DNA of 64,000 nucleotides from a virus (Duplodnaviria; Caudoviricetes): IMG/VR virus record IMGVR_UViG_3300037501_000255; one strand, 5' to 3'. Shown piece by piece: positions 38,167 to 44,085 of this stretch (position 1 is its first letter; each line of letters starts with the position of its first letter). The notes under the pieces were generated by a model. It saw only the letters and a program-made list of their open reading frames with translations, ran no database searches and was not told where the DNA came from. The position numbers and the translations under genes were made by a program.

Positions 38167-38361
38167 GCTTGTCACTTAAATTCATCGCTCAAATCGTATA
38201 CCCCCGAAAAACGAATCAGCTCACGTTTCGCGGAAATCCCCGCGCGACTCATTCGTAGTTAAAACTTTCTGAGCAGACTCTGGACGAAGCCTCGTTTCAA
38301 TATGGCGGCCTGCACTGGAGTAATCATCTCCTTCTCTGTAAATGTCACGGCCATTTTATAC

Positions 38362-39072
38362 TTACTCCTTTACGAGTATAACCTGATGCTGCTCCAGCCA
38401 TGCATCTGGTAGATGCCGAGGTCGCGCATTGTCCAAGAAGTGTTTGCGCCAAAAAGCAGTTACCCTCTCCTCCCCCAGATCAGCAACAACCTTGTCTGCC
38501 CAACAGTCCATATCCTCGCGAATTCTCGTCTGCTCTTCAATAAAACCAGCAAGAGCTGCTGTGTTATTGTGCAGATGCGAGGGTAGCTTCGCCCACATTT
38601 TTGGGAGGGCATTTGGATGAAGCATCTCAGCTCTTTCATACAAAGCCTTGGCGATGCGAAGCGACTCGACTACCCGGTTCCATTTCTGCTTATCAATCAG
38701 CGCATTTTTGAGAATGGTCTTTTCTGCCTCTGCAGTGCGCTCATAAGTATCATGGCAGGATACGCAAAGTGCCAGAACGTCGTATCCATTGTGGCGCTTG
38801 TACTTTTCCCTGAATGACCTGCGAAAACAGTACGGCACTACGTGATGGCGCTCTAGATTTTTCTCTGTGCCACACACCACGCATTTACTTGCGCGCGGCA
38901 GTAGCTCCACATCGTAACTGACGCCTCGGCCAGCATGTTCGAAATTGAGCTTGAACTCCCTATCTGAAATACGAGATGCTAAATTGCGGCCTACATACCA
39001 CTCCATGCGCTTGCGATCTACATAGGCGAGTGTCTCGCCTGTATGTGAAATCATTTTGCAGTTGTCGTACAT
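38362..39072 (-). CDS. HNH-like protein resembling the C-terminal domain of EXD2
   Basis: MYDNC.M..GE.L..VDRKR.EWY..RNLA; CVVCG..L.RHHVVPYCFR..HN.YDVLALCVSCH. Confidence 0.75.
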   Translation of the reverse strand: MYDNCKMISHTGETLAYVDRKRMEWYVGRNLASRISDREFKLNFEHAGRGVSYDVELLPRASKCVVCGTEKNLERHHVVPYCFRRSFREKYKRHNGYDVLALCVSCHDTYERTAEAEKTILKNALIDKQKWNRVVESLRIAKALYERAEMLHPNALPKMWAKLPSHLHNNTAALAGFIEEQTRIREDMDCWADKVVADLGEERVTAFWRKHFLDNARPRHLPDAWLEQHQVILVKE

Positions 39073-39091
39073 GGCATCGTCTTTTTGAAAA

Positions 39092-39167
39092 TGGAGCCGG
39101 CAACCAGAATTGAACTGGTGACCTCCTGCTTACAAGGCAGATGCTCTACCTGCTGAGCTATACCGGC
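39092..39167 (-). tRNA. tRNA-Thr(TGT)
   Basis: CTGC-CTTGTAA-GCAG, CCA end. Confidence 0.95.
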
Positions 39168-39400
39168 GTAAACCTTACCTCTCTATACTACAGCGCCTAA
39201 GGTCGGAGGGCTGCTCCTAAATCCTAGAGAGTGAGATCCCAAATCATTATTTTTGCCGTACGTCAGATTGGGAATTGAGTACGAGCAGAGTAGGGCCCGC
39301 ATTCATTACATAAGTAATAGAGCGGGTTCACCATCTCATGTTTCCATGTGGCAACTAATCTCTAATCGTAGCCGAAGCCTTAGATTGCATCGAGATTATG

Positions 39401-39531
39401 TGGTGGCCTGAGAGGGACTCGAACCCTCATGCCTGTGAAGGCGGTTGATTTTTGGTGGAGGATATTGGAGTTGCACCAATCACACCTACGTCCCCCGAGT
39501 CAACTGTGTCTACCAGTTCCACCATCAGGCC
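39401..39531 (-). tRNA. tRNA-Leu(CAA) interrupted between nt 34 and 35 by a 44-nt mini-tRNA
   Basis: GGCCTGA-TGGTGGAACTGGTAGACAC; GTTGA-CTC[insert]AAAA-TCAAC; variable arm; ACCA; 87 nt without the insert. Confidence 0.92.
39453..39496 (-). other. 44-nt mini-tRNA insert 2
   Basis: GGGGGAC-GTAGGTGTG-ATTGG-TGCAACT-CCAAT-ATCCTCC-ACCA. Confidence 0.9.
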
Positions 39532-39818
39532 AAAAAATCAATCTTTCAACGTCACCTCTGGTTTGCAGAATCTAAGAAAATCCTCTTTCATATATTTCCT
39601 GTGCATCTTTCCCAAGTCCGTTCTGCATACTCGTCGTTTCGGATTCTTCTCAAACCATTCGCACAAACCGGCCCACATTTAATTGGCGTCGCGCTGACCT
39701 AGAAGTCCATATACGATAAACATGTTATTCACCAATTGTCGTAGTCGGTCACATTCTTTTATTTATCAAAACATCGTACGCTGACGCCCGTGCCAATTGA
39801 CGTTGGGGCAAAGAGTAG

Positions 39819-40001
39819 CTACCCCCCCCCCATGGCTCCAGTATAGGGCCACTTGCCGCCGCCGGTAAGATGCTCAAAATCTTCCGGACTCATTTCCGCC
39901 CGCTGTTTTTCGATCAACTCCTGCTTACACTCTTCGATGAAAGCTTTGGCGGCTTCCAATTCCTTGCCGGAGATGGTGAATGTGCGACTGTTCATATGCA
40001 T
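39819..40001 (-). CDS. hypothetical protein (3' end probably frameshifted in a G-run)
   Basis: ATG ORF. Confidence 0.5.
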   Translation of the reverse strand: MHMNSRTFTISGKELEAAKAFIEECKQELIEKQRAEMSPEDFEHLTGGGKWPYTGAMGGG

Positions 40002-40240
40002 TTCCTTGCTACTCCCAGCATTTCGGTCCGAGCCACGTCCCCATCCTCATTCAGATAGTAGAGCCAGCCGGGTTCGAATGTTATTCCGGTTTTAACGATA
40101 TCTTCGACTTTAGTGCGGGGTCTCTTTTTCGAGACGGTCCGACACCGCTTAACTGCTCCGTCACGGGTGATCCAATAGATGTATCCTTTTTCGCGCTTGA
40201 TTCCGATTTGGAAAAGCACTTCGGTACGACCGGGAGGCAC
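39992..40240 (-). CDS. small internally duplicated basic protein, CC1 (crenarchaeal chromatin protein)-like
   Basis: two repeats: IGIKREKGYIYWITRDGAVKR and TGITFEPGWLYYLNEDGDVAR. Confidence 0.6.
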   Translation of the reverse strand: MPPGRTEVLFQIGIKREKGYIYWITRDGAVKRCRTVSKKRPRTKVEDIVKTGITFEPGWLYYLNEDGDVARTEMLGVARKCI

Positions 40241-40627
40241 TCACGCCGCCGCCGAAGGAGCATTCTCCACGGTGAATCCACTCACTTCCGCAACGTCTTC
40301 GACCAAAAAGCGTCGACCGAATCCATCCTGCTCCACGCGAACGCGGGCGCCCTTAGCAAAAAGCACATCAATCTTGTCATTGATGAGTACCTGGGTGCCA
40401 TCCTGCATGAATACAACGGTCACGTCTGATACGACCTGAGATGCGGAGAGTGTGCCTCCTGCATACGAGGGCATGCTGCTGTGCTTAGTGGTGTACTCAA
40501 TCTTTTCGAGGACACCACTATGAATAACCGTTCTTACTGCGCTAAGCTTAGTGGCAAAGCTCTTCGCAGCAAAGAGGCCGGCCACGGCAAGTCCGAGAAG
40601 TGCTGAAATCTTAATGACACTATTCAT
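40241..40627 (-). CDS. hypothetical membrane-anchored protein
   Basis: N-terminal hydrophobic helix. Confidence 0.6.
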   Translation of the reverse strand: MNSVIKISALLGLAVAGLFAAKSFATKLSAVRTVIHSGVLEKIEYTTKHSSMPSYAGGTLSASQVVSDVTVVFMQDGTQVLINDKIDVLFAKGARVRVEQDGFGRRFLVEDVAEVSGFTVENAPSAAA

Positions 40628-40653
40628 TGCTATCCTCTTTTCTATACTAGAAA

Positions 40654-40719
40654 TCGGTCAAGTGGGTACTGTGGACTGGTTCATTTTTGAGTAAAGATAA
40701 TCCACAGAAGTCGGACCGA
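40654..40719 (-). ncRNA. stand-alone Y RNA (Y2)
   Basis: UCGGUC-C-GA/UU-GACCGA, CUGUGGA/UCCACAG, UUAUC. Confidence 0.87.
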
Positions 40720-40721
40720 AA

Positions 40722-40772
40722 TGGTGGGGGGTGGATTCGAACCACCGACGCGGCCAATCTCCGCCTGCTCCC
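40722..40772 (-). ncRNA. 51-nt tRNA-like spacer (T-arm plus ACCA, no D-arm) between Y2 and Y3
   Basis: GGGAGCA-G-GCGG-AGATTGG-CCGC-GTC-GGTGG-TTCGAAT-CCACC-CCCC-ACCA. Confidence 0.6.
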
Positions 40773-40782
40773 ATAAATAAAT

Positions 40783-40859
40783 TAGGTCTAGTTGATGGCT
40801 AGAGTGCCCTGGTGGGCGGTTCATTTTGGGTAAACGATAATCTAACCAATTCGGACCTA
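40783..40859 (-). ncRNA. stand-alone Y RNA (Y3)
   Basis: UAGGUC-C-GA...CUA-GACCUA, UGGUUAG/CUAGCCA, UUAUC; loop similar to Y2. Confidence 0.8.
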
Positions 40860-40865
40860 AAGTAG

Positions 40866-40940
40866 TGGTAGCCCCTGCCGGATTTGAACCGACGACCTTA
40901 TCCGTGTAAAGGATCTGCTCTACCGCTGAGCTAAGGGGCT
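40866..40940 (-). tRNA. tRNA-Val(TAC)
   Basis: ATCC-TTTACAC-GGAT, ACCA end. Confidence 0.95.
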
Positions 40941-40990
40941 GCGGTGCCTTACGTATGCCTTGAACTGCTATATGCTGTAATTAATTACTT

Positions 40991-41062
40991 ATTTGGCAGG
41001 GGGGCTCGAACCCCCATCAACTATTTTGGAGACAGCCATTTTAGCTATTAAACTACACCACT
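40991..41062 (-). tRNA. tRNA-Trp(CCA) with degenerate acceptor stem
   Basis: GCTGT-CTCCAAA-ATAGT; 3' acceptor strand pairs poorly. Confidence 0.7.
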
Positions 41063-41081
41063 ATCTTGAAGAATGATTTAG

Positions 41082-41205
41082 TGGGCCCGGTGGGACTCGA
41101 ACCCACACCGCTTTTATTCCAAAAAATGATAACGATTCTCTGTCGTACCCAAAGGGTCAGGTGGTGAGAACCACTAGTTTTGTGCTACCGTTACAACACG
41201 GGCCC
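41082..41205 (-). ncRNA. tRNA-scaffold / permuted Y-module chimera C
   Basis: GGGCCCG/CGGGCCC acceptor, D- and T-arms; internal GGUUCUC..CUGACCC-UUU-GGGUACGA-CAGAGAAUCG-UUAUC. Confidence 0.78.
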
Positions 41206-41917
41206 GTGTATCAATATTAAACCATACTTCTTGATGTCTAAAGTCAAGCTCCTCAGCCTAATTCTCGGCTGCCTCTTTCTCCTATTTGCTGGATGTAGAT
41301 CCAACCTAACTCACGAAGAGTTGCTTGCCTCGCGCATTGCCGAAGCAAGGCCGGCGATTGTTCATCTACTTGCGGAAGGTAGTAGTTGCTCCGCGTTTCA
41401 TGTTGGACACGAGCTTTTTATTACCGCAAGTCACTGTATCCGTCCCGATACGGAGTACATTATCGTAGATTCTGAGGATAATCCGTATGGGGTTCGCCCG
41501 ATACTTATTGATAGGGACCGGGATGTGACAGTGTTTGAGAGTAACGGATTTGAGGGCCAGCCCATGCAATTGTGGAATGAGCAGCTATACGGCTCTCCAA
41601 AGATAGGCTCTACGATAGTCAGTATGGGATTTCCAGGATATTATCTGCAAAACTTTGTTTTCGAAGAGGGTACCGTTCTAGACAAGAGAACTGATAATGG
41701 GGTGCGCCTTATCGTTAGTCGCGGAGTAAGTTATCCCGGAGAATCTGGTGGCCCAGTCATTTCATTGCAGAATGGTCAGGTGGTGGGGTTAGTACATGCA
41801 TTAGCGGAGCGTATTACCCACATAAATGACGATGTTCAAGTTCACAACACTTTAAGTCTGTTAGTTGCTTGGTCTGAAATAAGGACAGTCTTAGAGCAAG
41901 CTCGTAAGGTTAGATAA
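41180..41917 (+). CDS. trypsin-like serine protease (S1), lipoprotein-like signal; probable start near 41233
   Basis: ITASHC, DRDV, PGESGGPV; LFAGC. Confidence 0.9.
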   Translation: MCYRYNTGPCINIKPYFLMSKVKLLSLILGCLFLLFAGCRSNLTHEELLASRIAEARPAIVHLLAEGSSCSAFHVGHELFITASHCIRPDTEYIIVDSEDNPYGVRPILIDRDRDVTVFESNGFEGQPMQLWNEQLYGSPKIGSTIVSMGFPGYYLQNFVFEEGTVLDKRTDNGVRLIVSRGVSYPGESGGPVISLQNGQVVGLVHALAERITHINDDVQVHNTLSLLVAWSEIRTVLEQARKVR

Positions 41918-41932
41918 CTTTAGGAGTTAACA

Positions 41933-42601
41933 ATGCTAATACGTAATATTCTAGCAGCTTTCATGCTGCTTGTAGTCAGCTCTTGCGCTATTTTCCGGCC
42001 GGCGCCAGTACAGGCTACGGTACAAGAATCGCGGGGTGCGGTGACGCACATCCTCTATGGGCAGCGTTCCTGCACAGCATTTCATATTGGGGATGGAAGA
42101 TTCATAACTGCCGCACATTGTTTCGGAGAGGATCTTGGAGGACCCATGGATGAGGTCCGCATGGTCAATGAACGCAATTTTCAATACTTCCCGAAAGTAG
42201 CGAAATTTAATAAGGCAAAAGATCTGGTGCTTTTGCTGGCCCCTGACTTTAAAGGGCCAGCGCTGTCCTTGTGGGATGGTGGATGGGACGGTCACATTCC
42301 GCGCGGAATGGAGCTCGTGGCTCTAGGATATCCTGGGTACTATGGTCTAGATTTCATCTTCGAGCATGGATTTATCAAAGATATAGTTAACTTTGAAGGG
42401 GTCGAGATGGTTGTCTCTGAGGAGGCGTCTTACTCCGGCGAGTCTGGTGGCCCCGTACTTTCTACTGCAAATGGAAAGGTTATCGGTATGGTAGATGCTG
42501 GTATAGAGCTTATTAATTGGCGTCGCTTTCCAATGCATGAGCATGTAAGCATTTCACTATTTGTGAGTGCCATGGAAATACGTGCTTTTCTAGCAAAGTA
42601 A
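41933..42601 (+). CDS. trypsin-like serine protease (S1), tandem paralogue
   Basis: ITAAHC, KDLV, SGESGGPV; VSSC. Confidence 0.9.
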   Translation: MLIRNILAAFMLLVVSSCAIFRPAPVQATVQESRGAVTHILYGQRSCTAFHIGDGRFITAAHCFGEDLGGPMDEVRMVNERNFQYFPKVAKFNKAKDLVLLLAPDFKGPALSLWDGGWDGHIPRGMELVALGYPGYYGLDFIFEHGFIKDIVNFEGVEMVVSEEASYSGESGGPVLSTANGKVIGMVDAGIELINWRRFPMHEHVSISLFVSAMEIRAFLAK

Positions 42602-42798
42602 ACTGCATCATCTACGCGGACGTGAGCGCCGGGATTTCTCGGCGCTTTTCGTTTGCTCGGAAGCGGCACGCAGCTTTTCTTTAAGACTATCCAGTGCCCA
42701 CTTGACAGCGACAACACCATCATGACCTATATCGTAGGCTGATTGCTCTAGGCGCACTTCCTCTATCAGTTCTTCGATTTGTTTTATTTTCATATAAG

Positions 42799-42875
42799 TG
42801 GTTGGGGCGGCAGGACTCGAACCTGCAATAACTGGAATCAAAATCCAGGGTCCTAGCCAATTAGACGACGCCCCA
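42799..42875 (-). tRNA. tRNA-Gln(TTG)
   Basis: CTGGA-TTTTGAT-TCCAG, ACCA end. Confidence 0.95.
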
Positions 42876-42884
42876 GCGAAGTTT

Positions 42885-43200
42885 CCCCGCTATGATTGAG
42901 TCGATGCGCGGGGTGTGCATCTGCCATCCGATCAAATGGCGTTGCTTAAAATGATCGCCCGACGCTAATTTAAGAATAGGCGGTAGCGCAACCATACGCT
43001 ACTTTGCCTCCGAGTTTATAAGGCTCGGTGTCGGCAGTTATTTAGTGACCACCTGATGGCTTAATGGATCCATCACCCAAGTGGTGGTGCCTAACGGGCA
43101 CCAGTCGGTCTTTAGGCGACGGCCTTCCAGTAGCCTAAGCTTCACAGTATCTGGCAATACTTTTCTGCTGCGCACCGTCCGAGGTTTGAGATCTTAGGTG
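42885..43200 (-). ncRNA. candidate multi-pseudoknot ncRNA
   Basis: two H-type pseudoknots at 42885-42957, hairpins CCGAG/CTCGG and GTAGCG/CGCTAC, contains repeat copy 2. Confidence 0.55.
43037..43086 (-). repeat. 50-nt structured repeat, copy 2
   Basis: CACCAC-TT-GGG-TGATGG-A-TCC-ATTAAG-CCATCA-GGTGG-TCAC-TAAATAAC. Confidence 0.85.
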
Positions 43201-43208
43201 CCGTGAGA

Positions 43209-43304
43209 TGGTGGGAGGGGTTGGATTTGAACCAACTTTAACCAGATAACCTTCTTCTATCGGACAATTCAGTCTAGTAGTTGAAGACGGATTTGTCACT
43301 TCCC
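43209..43304 (-). ncRNA. D-armless tRNA-like / permuted Y-module chimera B
   Basis: GGGAAGT..CCGUCUUC..CUAGAC-UGAAUU-GUCCGA-UAGAAGAAGG-UUAUC..GTTGG-TTCAAAT-CCAAC-CCCTCCC-ACCA. Confidence 0.78.
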
Positions 43305-43307
43305 AAG

Positions 43308-43436
43308 TGGTGGAGGGGGCTGGACTCGAACCAGCGACACAGGGCATTTCATGCGATAACCGATTTCTGTCGGAACAGGAGTTCAAAAAGTTGAAATCGA
43401 ATTTGTTCCCTGCTCTACCAACTAAGCTACTCCTCC
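43308..43436 (-). ncRNA. Phe-like tRNA scaffold / permuted Y-module chimera A
   Basis: canonical D- and T-arms, ACCA; CGAUUUC..UUGAAC-UCCU-GUUCCGA-CAGAAAUCGG-UUAUC-GC-AUGAAAU-GC. Confidence 0.85.
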
Positions 43437-43443
43437 AAAAAAA

Positions 43444-43728
43444 TCACTCCAGAGTCATGCAGCTAGTCGGAGGGCTATCGCAAGAAGCGGTGGCCAAATC
43501 AACTTCGCATGTCTTAATTTCCTTGACTGAAGACTTGATATCGTGATCGCATACTCGCTCCGACGCGAGTACTTCAAGACACTCCTCTACAGGCTGACCT
43601 GTGCACTCCGACGCCTTGCTACAATATGCTGCCATCATGGTACGACATGCACCTTGTTTTTCTTCTTGCGATTCCTTGCAGGCAGAAATCGAGAGGAGTA
43701 CAAATACATAAAGCAGGATCTTTTTCAT
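43444..43728 (-). CDS. Cys-rich lipoprotein (myxobacterial style)
   Basis: LSISAC lipobox, 10 Cys. Confidence 0.7.
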   Translation of the reverse strand: MKKILLYVFVLLSISACKESQEEKQGACRTMMAAYCSKASECTGQPVEECLEVLASERVCDHDIKSSVKEIKTCEVDLATASCDSPPTSCMTLE

Positions 43729-43746
43729 TTTCTATTTCCTTTGTTA

Positions 43747-43869
43747 TGGCGGCGACATCCCGAATCGAACGGGAAACGCGCGTTTAACAGACGAGAATAA
43801 TCTTCAATCGGACCTCGGGTCGAGTGGCGAAGATCACTTTTTCGTGTGATACCATTTCACCATATCGCC
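43747..43869 (-). ncRNA. tRNA scaffold / permuted Y-module chimera D
   Basis: GGCGATA/TGTCGCC-GCCA; GAUCUUC..UCGACC-CGA-GGUCCGA-UUGAAGAUUAUU; then CUCGU-CUGUUAA-ACGCG. Confidence 0.83.
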
Positions 43870-43950
43870 ACATGAGGGTGCTTTTTGGTTTTCAGAAGTT
43901 TCCCCCTACGCCTCAGGCAGCTGATAGTTTTCTAACCGCCACCTCAAAAT

Positions 43951-44083
43951 ACTTCCTAGCAGGACTCGAACCCGCACAGATCATATCGATAATTCATACC
44001 ATCGGACAGAGTCAATAACCGGTATGGTCGGCTGGTCACCAGATTTCTCTGGTCGTACTTACCAATTAGTACGATATAGGAAG
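43951..44083 (-). ncRNA. tRNA scaffold / permuted Y-module chimera E
   Basis: CTTCCTA/TAGGAAG, 6-bp D-stem, extra CCAGA-GAAA-TCTGG hairpin; CAUACC..UUGAC-UCU-GUCCGA-UGGUAUGAA-UUAUC; T-arm. Confidence 0.82.
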
Positions 44084-44085
44084 GT

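Noticed and set aside
37623-39496. Group I/II or archaeal BHB introns as the explanation for the Leu inserts
   Set aside because: 44 nt is far too short for a self-splicing intron, no bulge-helix-bulge is apparent, and the inserts have acceptor/T-arm/CCA architecture.
37623-39496. attL/attR remnants of an integrated element duplicating a tRNA 3' end
   Set aside because: The inserts are not copies of the host tRNA's 3' half, have their own complementary 5' acceptor strand, and no integrase is nearby.
42885-43436. Canonical or two-piece tmRNA call
   Set aside because: No GGGG 5' acceptor strand or matching G3.U70 3' end flanks the pseudoknot region, and the candidate tag lacks a typical C-terminal degron; kept only as an open hypothesis.
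43135-43546. ORF-track proteins at 43135-43386 and 43307-43546, and similar ORFs over tRNAs (3761-4030, 11467-11667, 35499-35786, 39452-39682)
   Set aside because: They are translations of tRNA or chimera sequence (GSSPA, VRIP-type strings) with no coding features.
34166-44083. CRISPR array suggested by the recurring GATAA...TCGGAC strings
   Set aside because: Copies are irregularly spaced, not identical, have no spacer periodicity and no cas genes; they fold as Y-RNA helices.
43951-44083. tRNA-Sec call for chimera E because of its 6-bp D-stem
   Set aside because: No UCA anticodon, a 7-bp acceptor stem, and the arm is occupied by the Y module.
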